From PVC group bacterium (GTDB lineage: Bacteria > Auribacterota > Erginobacteria > Erginobacterales > Erginobacteraceae), in NCBI GenBank assembly GCA_043804695.1, contig JAZDIV010000052.1, positions 1-52,103 of the forward strand: 52,103 nt of DNA, read 5' to 3'. The notes beneath the pieces were generated by a model that was not told the DNA's origin, did no database searches, and saw nothing but the letters and a program-made list of their open reading frames with translations. Positions 1 through 9,641 of the stretch are shown one piece after another; positions within the stretch are counted from its first letter, which is position 1; each line of letters starts with the position of its first letter. Position numbers and translations under genes: made by a program.

Positions 1-2
1 GG

Positions 3-1193
3 ACAATTTTTTTCCAGCCGGCAAAAGTTCTGCGGGGGGTCTTGATTGAGCCAAAACTTAAATATTTGAAGGATTTATTTATACCTTTAGCCTTTGTTTC
101 GATTTTCTCTCCTTCCAGCTTGCTGATGGTTTTAATTTCCCTTTCCGAAGGTTTGCTCTCGCAAAGATTCACCCATTTTTCCATCCGCTATCAGTATTCA
201 TCAATCGTCACCCCTCTTGTATTTATCTCGGCTATTTATGGGCTTCGTAATCTGTTCAAATGGAAAATATTTGCCGGAAAAGAAAAGTTAGTTTTAATGG
301 TTGTTGTATTATTCTCACTGGTTTCAGCTAAAACTTTGGGCCCGCTGTTTAATTTGCCCGAAGGAATAAAGCAGTGGAGGGTTACGGAAGAGGATCAAAT
401 CCGGCAGAAATTCGTAGAGAAAATTCCTCCCCGGGTCCCGGTAATCGCCACTTTTGAATTCGCCCCGAAACTATCTATGCGACCAAAATTATTTTATCTT
501 TATCAAGTTTATTCAGTTTCCCGACATCCTGATTTCAGAATCAACATCCCCGAAGCACAAAAAGTATGTCAATACGCCCTGCTTGATTTCAACGATTGGC
601 TAACCTTTTACGACTTTTACACACCGGGTGGGGACCGAGATGTATATCGTTTCCTGACTTCGGGTAACTGGCGGCTGGAAGATACGGTGAACTCTATTTG
701 CCTTTTCCAAAAGGGGGAAGTGCCAGATCTGGGAGTTATCAGCCGGGCGGCGCCAGACCAACGCGTTCGTTCCCTCCGAATTAAGGTCACACCCCAGCTC
801 GAACTGACCGGATATTCTCTCAAGAAACAACCGGTCAATGAAGCACCGACCCTTATAGTTAATCTTTACTTTGCCTGCTCAGGGAGAATCCCGGCTGACT
901 TCCTACCCGTGGTTCGTTTTATCAGTCAGCAGCAACCCGATTTCTCATTTCAGCAGGAATTTTTCGCTCCCTACCGGATCTTTCCGACCTCGCGCTGGCA
1001 GGCGAATGATCGGTGGAAGCTGGGCTGCAACATTCTCATCCCCCCGGACGCCCCCTCCGGCTCTTACAGCATGGAGATCGGACTCCTCTGGCAGAAAGGG
1101 AGGGGCTTCACGGGAAAAATCTTTTACCGGGCAGGCAAAGCGGTTACTTTATCCGACCCGGCAAACAGATCGACCAGCGCCGAAGAAAATTGA
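3..1193 (+). CDS. DUF2079-like membrane protein (GT-C-like) with soluble C-terminal domain; 5'-truncated by the window edge
   Basis: Frame is open from position 3 (TIFFQPAKVLRGVLIEPKLKYL) and aligns by eye with the downstream paralogue (TLIARPGYSLKGILTGPKLLYL; HFSIRYQY vs HFSIRCQY; QWRVTEED; DFND; WRLEDTVNS). Confidence 0.7.
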   Translation, partial: TIFFQPAKVLRGVLIEPKLKYLKDLFIPLAFVSIFSPSSLLMVLISLSEGLLSQRFTHFSIRYQYSSIVTPLVFISAIYGLRNLFKWKIFAGKEKLVLMVVVLFSLVSAKTLGPLFNLPEGIKQWRVTEEDQIRQKFVEKIPPRVPVIATFEFAPKLSMRPKLFYLYQVYSVSRHPDFRINIPEAQKVCQYALLDFNDWLTFYDFYTPGGDRDVYRFLTSGNWRLEDTVNSICLFQKGEVPDLGVISRAAPDQRVRSLRIKVTPQLELTGYSLKKQPVNEAPTLIVNLYFACSGRIPADFLPVVRFISQQQPDFSFQQEFFAPYRIFPTSRWQANDRWKLGCNILIPPDAPSGSYSMEIGLLWQKGRGFTGKIFYRAGKAVTLSDPANRSTSAEEN

Positions 1194-3154
1194 TGGAGTC
1201 ATCAGGAATCTTAAAAAGCAGTAATATCTTTTCTCTTCTGATCATTCTTCTGATCATAGTCTATACGGTTATTTTTTCAATAGCCGGATATTATCAGTAT
1301 ATCTCTTTTTCTTACCGGGATATGGACCTGGCGGCCATCAGCCAGGCTTTCTGGAACGGTGTCCACGGCCGGTTCTACACCGCCAGCCATGTCGGGGAGT
1401 CGGCGCTCTTCAACAATCACAAGTGGCTGATCGCTCTCCCGCTCCTCCCGCTCTACGTCCTCTTCCCCTCCCCGGTCACGCTGCTGGTTTTCCAGGCGGC
1501 GGCACTCGGATTTGGCGCCTGGGGGGTTTATCTTCTGGCCCGGCACCTCCTCAATCCGGGCTGGGGCCTGCTTTTTTCATTTTGTTACCTGATCTATCCG
1601 GCTCTTAACTTCATAACCCTCTATGAATTTCATCCCATCACTTTTATCACCCCGCTGCTCTTGTTTACCTATTATTTTTACATCAGGCGCAAATGGGGGA
1701 TATATGTGCTGTTCCTTCTCCTCTCTCTGGCTTGCCGGGAAGATGCCGCCCTGCCGGTCTTCGGTCTGGGGGTATACGCTTTAATCCATGGCATGACTGA
1801 AGGCGGCGCTCCTTCCCGGGACAGATGGAAATGGGGTCTAAGCGCTCTTCTCCTTTCTGCTGCCTGGTTTACCCTCTGCATTAAAATATTTCCCTTCCTG
1901 GTGGCCGCTTTCTTCCCGGAAGCAGACCGGTCGAATCTCATACCCGTCTATTTCGGCTGGCTGGGCCGGTCTCCGGGAGTGATCGTGAGGACTCTTATTG
2001 CCCGGCCCGGGTACTCCCTGAAAGGCATATTGACCGGGCCCAAGCTGCTCTATCTCTTCCATCTTCTGGTTCCATTCGGATTTCTCTCCCTGTTTTCGCC
2101 GTCTGCCTGCGTCATGGTGGTTTTCGGCGCCCTGGAAGGGCTCCTCTCATCCCGTCCCGAGCATTTTTCCATCCGCTGTCAATATACCGCCCTGGTTATT
2201 CCTTTTGTTCTTATCTCGGCGATGGGCGGGATACGAAATCTTCTCCGCTGGAAGTGGTTTAAGTCCAGGCCTGAATACCTGATGATATTTCTTCTGGCAG
2301 TTTCTCCTCTCAGCGCGAAGATGTTCGGCCCTCTTTTCCGGTTCCCCGACCTGCTGCGGCAGTGGAGGGTGACGGAAGAAGACTTAATCCGCCGCGAGCT
2401 GGTCCGGATGGTCCCGCCGTCAGCCCCCGTCCTCTCCACTTTCCAACTGGCTTCTCACCTGTCCAGCCGGCCAAAGCTTTTTTATTCTTTTCAGTTCTGC
2501 GGAGGCTGGCGCTCCCCCTCCTTGAAGTGGATAAATGTCCCGCTGGTTCAAAAGTCCGCCCTGTGGATGCTGATTGATTTCAACGATCCACTCACCTTTC
2601 ACTACTTCTACGGGCCGGAGAGCGACCGTCACCTGAGGGCCTTCCTGGAGGAAAACTGGCGGCTGGAGGAGACCGTGAACTCCCTGGCTCTCTTCCGGAA
2701 GGGCGCTTCCCCCGAAATCGGTCTGATCGGGAAGGCGGCACTTTCCGAGATCGGAAATCCCCTGTCTGAACCGGTAAAGAGCGTGCCGGGACTCGTTCTC
2801 CGGGGATACTCTCTCCGCCCGGGGAACCGGCTGGATTTTCGCGTGGTCGAGACCGCGGTCTTTCTGCAGTGCGACGGTGCGGTCAAGGATAATTATCTGC
2901 TGGGAGTATCCTTTCGGAAGCAGGGCGGGGGAGGGTGCTCTTTCGGGCAATACCTGTTCGGACCATTCCGCATCTTCCCGTCTTCGCGATGGGAAAAGGG
3001 AGATTTCATCGGGCAGCGGTGTGTTATACTGGTGCCAACCGAAGCCCCGGCCGGCATGTACGACGTGGCTCTTTCCCTGGTACGGCCGCTCGGCCGGGAT
3101 GAATTCGCGGGAGAAGTTATCCATACCGCGCGTGATGCATTAACACTGCCGTGA
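1193..3154 (+). CDS. DUF2079-like multi-pass membrane protein (predicted GT-C glycosyltransferase)
   Basis: ATG at 1193 overlaps the upstream TGA. Motifs DMDLAAISQAFWN, LYEFHP and CREDAAL, many TM helices. Confidence 0.75.
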   Translation: MESSGILKSSNIFSLLIILLIIVYTVIFSIAGYYQYISFSYRDMDLAAISQAFWNGVHGRFYTASHVGESALFNNHKWLIALPLLPLYVLFPSPVTLLVFQAAALGFGAWGVYLLARHLLNPGWGLLFSFCYLIYPALNFITLYEFHPITFITPLLLFTYYFYIRRKWGIYVLFLLLSLACREDAALPVFGLGVYALIHGMTEGGAPSRDRWKWGLSALLLSAAWFTLCIKIFPFLVAAFFPEADRSNLIPVYFGWLGRSPGVIVRTLIARPGYSLKGILTGPKLLYLFHLLVPFGFLSLFSPSACVMVVFGALEGLLSSRPEHFSIRCQYTALVIPFVLISAMGGIRNLLRWKWFKSRPEYLMIFLLAVSPLSAKMFGPLFRFPDLLRQWRVTEEDLIRRELVRMVPPSAPVLSTFQLASHLSSRPKLFYSFQFCGGWRSPSLKWINVPLVQKSALWMLIDFNDPLTFHYFYGPESDRHLRAFLEENWRLEETVNSLALFRKGASPEIGLIGKAALSEIGNPLSEPVKSVPGLVLRGYSLRPGNRLDFRVVETAVFLQCDGAVKDNYLLGVSFRKQGGGGCSFGQYLFGPFRIFPSSRWEKGDFIGQRCVILVPTEAPAGMYDVALSLVRPLGRDEFAGEVIHTARDALTLP

Positions 3155-3216
3155 CTATTCTTGCAGGGAATTATAATGCTCGTTAATTACTACGGAGAGC
3201 ATAAACCAAGTTGCAT

Positions 3217-3393
3217 GTCATTGCGAGCGCAACGAAGTGGAGCGAAGCAATCTCACCAGGAAAAAGACGGAGATTGCTTCGGCCTTACGGCCTCGCAATG
3301 ACATGGAGGACTTGGGAGATTGCTTCGGCCTTGCGGCCTCGCAATGACATGGAGGACTTGGGAGATTGCTTCGGCCTGTGGCCTCTCAATAAC
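3217..3393. repeat. GTCATTGCGAG...CTCGCAATGAC palindromic REP/RPE-like element whose right arm is triplicated (46-bp period)
   Basis: Left arm GTCATTGCGAG...GAAGCAATCTC at 3217-3254; GAGATTGCTTCGGCC...CTCGCAATGAC units start at 3270, 3316 and 3362 (third degenerate). Confidence 0.85.
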
Positions 3394-3456
3394 TAAAAAG
3401 AGGGAGTAATCAATCATGAACTCTCCCTGGCAACACCACGAAGAGCACGAAGGACG

Positions 3457-4620
3457 TTGCTGAAATTGATACGATTAACGTTACTTACACCGGTTATCTT
3501 TGCTTTCCTTGCCGCGCCGTGCGGGCGAGCCGCTTCGCCGGATTTCCTGTCCTGGGATTTCAGCGACCCCGGCCAGATCAAGAACTGGACCGGGGAGGGG
3601 ATCGAGGCCAGCCGGATCGAGAGGGGAGCTTTCCAGTTCCTGGGCGGAGAGCGGGTGCAGCTGGTATTCCCCCCGGGGCTGAATATCGCGGCGGAGAAGA
3701 ACCCCTGTCTCCGGATCCGTCTCCGGACTTTCTCTCCCCGGATCGCCCAGGTCTTCTGGGTTCCCCGGGCGCCCGTCCGGCAGATTCCGGCGATCACCCT
3801 GCCGCAATATTTCGACCGGCACTTCCATTCCTACTGGATCGACCTCGCCGATTCCCTGGACTGGATCGGGACCATCGACCGCATGGGGATCGTCTTCGGC
3901 GGCAACCCGGGCTGGATCGAGATCGACTCCATCGAGGTGCGCCCTTTCTCGTTATCCGATTACCTTGCGGATCAATGGCGGGAATTCTGGCTGCCGAGAT
4001 CACTCCATCTCGGCACAATCAACTCCCTTAACAGTCCCCGGCTTTTTAATAAGCCGTTCATAAGCTGGCTCAATAGATTAGCCGTGCTTGTCCTCCTGAT
4101 CGGTGCCATTCTTTATTACAAAGCCTCAAAAGCTAACCGAATAAAAATCGCCGCTCGAATAGGTCTGGCGATTCTTGCTCTCTGGATCATCTACGATGTT
4201 CGAGAAACCTTCAGTCAATTTAAAATCGTGGAGGAAATTTATCAATCGTATGTTAAACCTCCTCCGGAGGAGAAAACTTTTCCCGCTCTGGGCGATTTTT
4301 ACCACTTCGTTGAATTTTGCCGCAAACACATCCCGGATGACGCAATCTTTGAGCTTCTTCCCTATCCCTACTGGCCATTCGACTGTCGTCTGAAGTATTT
4401 TCTTTACCCGGCGCGGATGGAAATGGAAGTAGGAAGGTCTTATTTTGGGAAGAGTTGGCCGAAATACTTTATCGTTTATCAGGCGCCCGGAATCATATTC
4501 GATTCCAGTAGTGGAAGGTTAATGATCCAAGATGGGAAAACCGTATTTTCGGAAAAAGGCAGCTTGGTGGCCCGATACGACTCCGGTTCTTTCATTTATA
4601 AAGTTGAGAAAGAAAAGTGA
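3457..4620 (+). CDS. Hypothetical membrane protein (signal peptide, beta-rich extracytoplasmic domain, 2 TM helices)
   Basis: 387-aa ORF with hydrophobic N-terminus; overlaps the next gene (GTGA). Confidence 0.7.
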   Translation: MLKLIRLTLLTPVIFAFLAAPCGRAASPDFLSWDFSDPGQIKNWTGEGIEASRIERGAFQFLGGERVQLVFPPGLNIAAEKNPCLRIRLRTFSPRIAQVFWVPRAPVRQIPAITLPQYFDRHFHSYWIDLADSLDWIGTIDRMGIVFGGNPGWIEIDSIEVRPFSLSDYLADQWREFWLPRSLHLGTINSLNSPRLFNKPFISWLNRLAVLVLLIGAILYYKASKANRIKIAARIGLAILALWIIYDVRETFSQFKIVEEIYQSYVKPPPEEKTFPALGDFYHFVEFCRKHIPDDAIFELLPYPYWPFDCRLKYFLYPARMEMEVGRSYFGKSWPKYFIVYQAPGIIFDSSSGRLMIQDGKTVFSEKGSLVARYDSGSFIYKVEKEK

Positions 4621-6008
4621 TGGAATACTTGAGGTTACTCTTCGCGTACCTGTTTCCCCTGATCATCGGTTTTGTTGCGATCTCGTTGGTGGAGAAAAAA
4701 GGAAAGGGCATAGGCCTGGGGGAAAAACTGGCGTTGAGCTTTATCCTCGGCACGGGCTTAATATCTCTCTATATTTTTTACCTGGGATTTCTGGGGATTA
4801 AATTTGCGTGGGCGGGGATTATAGCTCTGCCGATCGTGGTGCTTCCGGCAGGAATCATTGTCCTCAAAAGAAGGGGTTGGAAAAGTTGTTTTTCTTCCGG
4901 GCCGCGAAGACCATTCCGAGCGACCGGGGCCGTCGGGAAGTTAATCGTTATTCTTATCGGGGCACTGCTTATCTGGAAAATCGCTTTCATCAGTTTTTTG
5001 ATCCTGAGCAAACCTACCTACTTTGATGACAGCGTGGCCAATTACAACTTCAAGGCGAAAGTTTTTTATCACCACCGTTCACTGGTCCTGGAAAGTGAAC
5101 ATCCCGATTTCCTGGGCGGATATATGCCCTGGAAATCTTTAGGGATACCATTGTTTAAAACCTGGGTAACTATTTGTTTGGGCAAGTGGGAGGAACACGC
5201 GGTTAACCTTAATACCCTTTTCGTATTTCTCGCTCTGGGATTAATCAGCTATTATAATCTGGTCAGGCTCATGTCCGCCCTGGCCAGCCTTGTCTTTACG
5301 TATATTATACTGAGCATTCCTCTCTTGACCTTCCACGCGGGCTTTGCCTATGTCGACATGATCGTGGGATGCTACTTTTTTTCAGGAATTGTATATCTAA
5401 TTCGCGGGGTCAGGGAACATGACCGCCGCGCTCTTTTCATATCCGCCCTCCTGTTCGGGGCGGGTTTAGCCACGAAAGACGATATGATTGCCATCTTTGT
5501 GGGTGGGGTCCTCCCGGTGCTGATCTTGTACCAGTTGATAGCCCGCCTAAACCTCAAATCGACACTTCGAACAACGATCCCCTATTTGTTCATTATCATT
5601 ATCTTGAATCTACCTTGGTTCGTAATTAAAAAAACCTACCATCTGGCGGTCGGACTTCCGGCGGAATACCGGAAGTTTGAGTTCCATCCGGAGGCCTTCG
5701 GCATTTTAGCCTCCTACCTGTTTGATTCAGGCAATTATAATATCCTGTGGACGGTTTTTTTCTGCACTTTGATTTTTTCAAGCTGCTTGATTGTCAGGAC
5801 TGAGTTGAAATATGTTTTGATATCTTTAGCCGGAGCAATAGCGGTTACGTTTTCATTGTTTATTTTTACATCCGTCTTTGAGTGGCTGCGGGGCGGGATG
5901 ACCATCAATCGGGCCGTACTGTCTTTTATGCCGGTGCTGATCTGGTATATGGCTTTGTTTTATGGAAAGGCAACCGAAAAAACACAAGATGCGTTCTTAA
6001 AAGAATGA
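4617..6008 (+). CDS. Multi-pass membrane protein, probable GT-C (ArnT/PMT-like) glycosyltransferase
   Basis: About 12 TM segments, acidic first-loop motif FDDSVANYNFKAK, later GFAYVDM and TKDD motifs; glycosylation context. Confidence 0.6.
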   Translation: MMEYLRLLFAYLFPLIIGFVAISLVEKKGKGIGLGEKLALSFILGTGLISLYIFYLGFLGIKFAWAGIIALPIVVLPAGIIVLKRRGWKSCFSSGPRRPFRATGAVGKLIVILIGALLIWKIAFISFLILSKPTYFDDSVANYNFKAKVFYHHRSLVLESEHPDFLGGYMPWKSLGIPLFKTWVTICLGKWEEHAVNLNTLFVFLALGLISYYNLVRLMSALASLVFTYIILSIPLLTFHAGFAYVDMIVGCYFFSGIVYLIRGVREHDRRALFISALLFGAGLATKDDMIAIFVGGVLPVLILYQLIARLNLKSTLRTTIPYLFIIIILNLPWFVIKKTYHLAVGLPAEYRKFEFHPEAFGILASYLFDSGNYNILWTVFFCTLIFSSCLIVRTELKYVLISLAGAIAVTFSLFIFTSVFEWLRGGMTINRAVLSFMPVLIWYMALFYGKATEKTQDAFLKE

Positions 6009-6017
6009 GAGTTATCC

Positions 6018-6767
6018 ATGATCAAGTTTGAAGAAGCCGTTACAAACAAGAAAATATTGGTTATTCTTCCCGCTTACAACGAAGAGGGAAAAATAGGAAC
6101 CGTCGTTTCTAAGATAAAACACAGCCCGAATATCCGTTTTCCATTAAATATTGCAGTAGTAAGCGACGGATCGACCGATCAAACGGATCAAGAAGCCCGT
6201 GCGGAAGGTGCTCTGGTTCTGAAGCATGCAGACAATCGGGGAGTCGGCGCCGCAATCAGAACCGGGCTTTCTTATGCCCGGGAAAACGGGTACGATATCG
6301 TGATTGTTATGGCGGGCGACGATCAGGATGATCCTAATGAAATACCCGATATTCTTGAACCGATTGTCTGCAATGGGTATGATTTCGTTCAGGGGTCGAG
6401 AAGGCTATTTCAGACTCAGACGGTCGATATCCCCCTTTTCCGGCGGATAACGACTAAAGTGTATTCACTGATCTTTTCACTACTGGTGAAGAGGAGGATT
6501 ACTGACGGGACCAACGGTTTCCGGGCGTTCAAAATGTCCCTATTGCGAGACAGTCGCATTAATCTGAATCAGGATTGGCTCAATACGTACGAACTGGAAC
6601 CATATCTCTATTTTAAAGTACTCTCCCTGGGTTACCGGGTGAGGGAATGTCAGGTCACCAAAATATACCACAAGGCCGTCATCGGGTATTCCAAGATGGT
6701 GCCTTTTTTAGACTGGTGGAGGATAATTAAACCCATTTTCCTTTTGGCGTTTCGAATCAAACGATAG
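6018..6767 (+). CDS. GT2 glycosyltransferase, polyprenol-phosphate sugar synthase (DPM1-like)
   Basis: ILPAYNEE, SDGSTD, NRGVGAAIRTG, MAGDDQD, TDGTNGFRAF. Confidence 0.9.
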   Translation: MIKFEEAVTNKKILVILPAYNEEGKIGTVVSKIKHSPNIRFPLNIAVVSDGSTDQTDQEARAEGALVLKHADNRGVGAAIRTGLSYARENGYDIVIVMAGDDQDDPNEIPDILEPIVCNGYDFVQGSRRLFQTQTVDIPLFRRITTKVYSLIFSLLVKRRITDGTNGFRAFKMSLLRDSRINLNQDWLNTYELEPYLYFKVLSLGYRVRECQVTKIYHKAVIGYSKMVPFLDWWRIIKPIFLLAFRIKR

Positions 6768-6776
6768 GAATCAGGG

Positions 6777-7880
6777 ATGAAGGTACCCTTTATAGATCTC
6801 GCAGGACAGTACCGGCAACTGGAAAAACCGTTAGGGGATGCCATCCGATCGGTCCTGGAAAGCGGTCAATTTATTCTTGGCGACGAGTTACGTAATTTTG
6901 AAGATGATTTCGCACGTTTCTGCATGACCCGATATGCCGTCGGAGTCGATTCGGGGGTTTCTGCGCTTGAACTAAGCTTGAGAGCCTGCGGCATCGGGGA
7001 GGGCGACGAAGTCATTATTCCAGCTCAGACCTTTATCGCCACCGCTTCCGCGGTTTCCTTTACGGGCGCAACGCCGGTACTGGTAGACGTTGACGAGCAA
7101 ATCTATACCATCAAGCCCCAACAGATTGAGCGGGCTATTACCCAAAATACCCGGGCTATCATGCCTGTCCACCTGTATGGGCAGATGGCGGACATGGAGG
7201 TAATTCAAGAAATCGCCAGCCGGCATGGATTGATAGTGATCGAGGATGCCGCTCAAGCACACGGGGCCACCTACCACGGGGAAAAAGCGGGGTCGGTGGG
7301 GAAGGCCGGCTGCTTCAGTTTCTACCCGGCTAAGAATCTGGGGGCATTCGGGGACGGGGGAATCGTGGTAACGGATAACGGTGATCTAGCCGAAAAAATC
7401 AGGATGCTCAGAAACTATGGTCAGAAAGAGAAATATGACCATAGATTTTTAGCCTTCAACCGGAGGTTGGATACGCTGCAGGCAGCCGTTCTGCGGGTAA
7501 AATTGAAACACCTGGAACAATGGAACGAAGAAAGGCGGGAAATCGCCCGAGCCTACAAGCGGCAACTGGAGAACCTCCCTCTGGTTTTGCCGGCTGAAGC
7601 CCCGCATTGCCGCCATGTCTATCACCTGTTTGTGATTCTCACACCGCAGAGGGAGGAACTCCGGAAGTATCTTCAGGAAAGGGGAGTTGCCTGCGGGCTT
7701 CATTATCCCAGCCCCATTCACCTCCAAAAGGCCTACCGATCGCTGCCTTATCGGAGAGGGGATTTTCCCGTGGCGGAGCGGGTTGCCTCGGAATGCCTTT
7801 CTTTGCCCTTGTTTCCCGGGATAGGTGAAGAACGGTTGTCTTACACGATCAAAACCATCAAAGGTTTTTATACCCGATAA
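6777..7880 (+). CDS. DegT/DnrJ/EryC1/StrS sugar aminotransferase (WbpE-like)
   Basis: VPFIDL, PVHLYGQ, IEDAAQAHG, FSFYPAKNLGAFGDGG (PLP lysine). Confidence 0.95.
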   Translation: MKVPFIDLAGQYRQLEKPLGDAIRSVLESGQFILGDELRNFEDDFARFCMTRYAVGVDSGVSALELSLRACGIGEGDEVIIPAQTFIATASAVSFTGATPVLVDVDEQIYTIKPQQIERAITQNTRAIMPVHLYGQMADMEVIQEIASRHGLIVIEDAAQAHGATYHGEKAGSVGKAGCFSFYPAKNLGAFGDGGIVVTDNGDLAEKIRMLRNYGQKEKYDHRFLAFNRRLDTLQAAVLRVKLKHLEQWNEERREIARAYKRQLENLPLVLPAEAPHCRHVYHLFVILTPQREELRKYLQERGVACGLHYPSPIHLQKAYRSLPYRRGDFPVAERVASECLSLPLFPGIGEERLSYTIKTIKGFYTR

Positions 7881-7893
7881 AGGAGTAACCGGA

Positions 7894-8967
7894 ATGGCGG
7901 GGAAAAAAGAAATTTCGCTGGGGGTTATAGGATTCGGTCACTGGGGCCCGAACTACGTGCGGAATTTTTCCCGGGTTAAGAACGCACGGGTGAAGTCCGT
8001 ATGCGATATTGATCCCCGGCGCCGGGAAGTTTTGGCAGATATGTTTCCGCACATCCGCCCCGAGAATAATTTTCGGGCCGTACTAAAAGATCCGGAAATC
8101 AATGCGGTGGTAATCGCTACGCCCGCCTCAACCCACCACAGATTTGTAAAAGAGTCACTGCTCGCCGGAAAAGATGTTCTCTGTGAAAAACCCCTCTGCG
8201 ACAGGGCTGATTTGGCCTGGGAGTTGGACAAACTGGCCCGCAAACAGAAGAAAATACTGTCGGTCGGTCATGTCTTCCGATTTAACGATGGAGTCGAGGA
8301 GATCAGAAAACTACTCACTGCAAAGCGACTGGGGAAGGTCTATTACATTCACATAAAGCACACCAACCTCGGGCCGGTCCGGACGGATGTGAATGTAGTA
8401 TGGGATCTCGCACCACATGATATTTCCATTCTCTATCACGTCCTGGGAACCTGGCCCCTGGAGGTGAGCGCTACCGGTTTCGCCATTTTCAAGAACCGGC
8501 GGGAGGATTTTGCTTTTATTTCTCTGCGCTATCCCGGCGAAATATTATGTCATCTGCACGTGAGCTGGATTGAGCCGGCCAAAATACGTCAGATGATTGT
8601 GGTGGGGGAGAAAAAAATGGCGATCTGGGACGACATAGCCTTAAATCCGATCGAGATTCACGAAAAATGGCTGGAGAAAGAAGCTTTTTACCGCGACTTC
8701 GGAGAATTCCAGTTAATTCCCAAGGTGGGTCCAATCTCAATCCCCCGGGTGGTTATGAGTGAACCATTGCTGGAATTGTGTAAAGACTTCATCCGATCGG
8801 CGATCAAACGCAGCCAACCCCGGGTTTCAGCCCGGGAAGGGGTAAACAATTCAACGATTATTGAAGGTATAAACAAATCGATTGCATTAAGGGGGAAGCC
8901 TATTGAGGTCAAATATGCAGAAAGAAGGACTCGCTCCCGTCGAACTCGGGCCCGGCGGCAAAATTGA
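7894..8967 (+). CDS. Gfo/Idh/MocA oxidoreductase (WbpB/GnnA-like sugar 3-dehydrogenase)
   Basis: GFGHWG Rossmann motif, VLCEKP, WDLAPHD; AGGAG RBS before ATG 7894. Confidence 0.9.
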   Translation: MAGKKEISLGVIGFGHWGPNYVRNFSRVKNARVKSVCDIDPRRREVLADMFPHIRPENNFRAVLKDPEINAVVIATPASTHHRFVKESLLAGKDVLCEKPLCDRADLAWELDKLARKQKKILSVGHVFRFNDGVEEIRKLLTAKRLGKVYYIHIKHTNLGPVRTDVNVVWDLAPHDISILYHVLGTWPLEVSATGFAIFKNRREDFAFISLRYPGEILCHLHVSWIEPAKIRQMIVVGEKKMAIWDDIALNPIEIHEKWLEKEAFYRDFGEFQLIPKVGPISIPRVVMSEPLLELCKDFIRSAIKRSQPRVSAREGVNNSTIIEGINKSIALRGKPIEVKYAERRTRSRRTRARRQN

Positions 8968-9598
8968 TCGGGGAGTGTTGCTTGGTTACTTGTCCGGAAG
9001 AAAAATCGCTGTTACCCCTTTAATTATAGGGGAAAGAGCGCGAATCCGGTCCGGAACGGTGATCTACTCCAACGTGACGGTTGGAAAAAGACTTGAAACA
9101 GGTCATAACGTCATTATCAGGGAAGAAACCCGAATTGGCGATAATGTCTCAATCTGGAACAATACCGTTATCGATTACGGATGTATTGTCGGAAGCAACG
9201 TCAAAATCCACTGTAATGTCTATATCGCTCAGTTTACGGAGATAGGAGATAATGTCTTCTTCGGCCCCGGGGTGACGGTTGCCAATGATCGACATCCTGT
9301 CTGCACTCTGTGCATGAGAGGCCCTAAAATTAAAGAGGGGGCCCGCATCGGGGTTAATGTGACGATTCTGCCTCAGGTGATAATCGGGGAATACAGCCTG
9401 GTTGGTGCCGGCAGTGTGGTAACGAAAGATGTCCCTCCTTACACTTTAGTCTATGGTATGCCGGCCCGCATAGCGGGCTCAGTCGATGAACTTAAGTGCC
9501 GTATGAACATCGTGGACCGGCCCTATATTTACGGCCAGGATGTACAGCTCCGAAAAGCAAAGGGGGGGTTACACTTCAGAGACTCTAACTCAAGGTGA
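8915..9598 (+). CDS. Hexapeptide-repeat N-acyltransferase (WbpD-like)
   Basis: Left-handed beta-helix repeats, VFFGPGVTVAND, VGAGSVVTKDVPPYTLVYGMPAR. Confidence 0.9.
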   Translation: MQKEGLAPVELGPGGKIDRGVLLGYLSGRKIAVTPLIIGERARIRSGTVIYSNVTVGKRLETGHNVIIREETRIGDNVSIWNNTVIDYGCIVGSNVKIHCNVYIAQFTEIGDNVFFGPGVTVANDRHPVCTLCMRGPKIKEGARIGVNVTILPQVIIGEYSLVGAGSVVTKDVPPYTLVYGMPARIAGSVDELKCRMNIVDRPYIYGQDVQLRKAKGGLHFRDSNSR

Positions 9599-9641
9599 GG
9601 AATAAAGATATTTCCGCAGACAGCTTAGGGAACGTCGGCTA

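Noticed and set aside
1013..1192. 60-aa N-terminal extension of the second DUF2079 gene
   Set aside because: Overlaps the upstream CDS; the coupled ATG at 1193 is the better start
3270..3393. Possible mini-CRISPR (3 repeats)
   Set aside because: The 13-bp linkers are identical rather than unique spacers, the unit is one arm of a larger palindromic element, and no cas genes are nearby
3211..3396. 61-aa ORF, and the 64/67-aa ORFs at 45684-45961
   Set aside because: Translations of palindromic repeat elements
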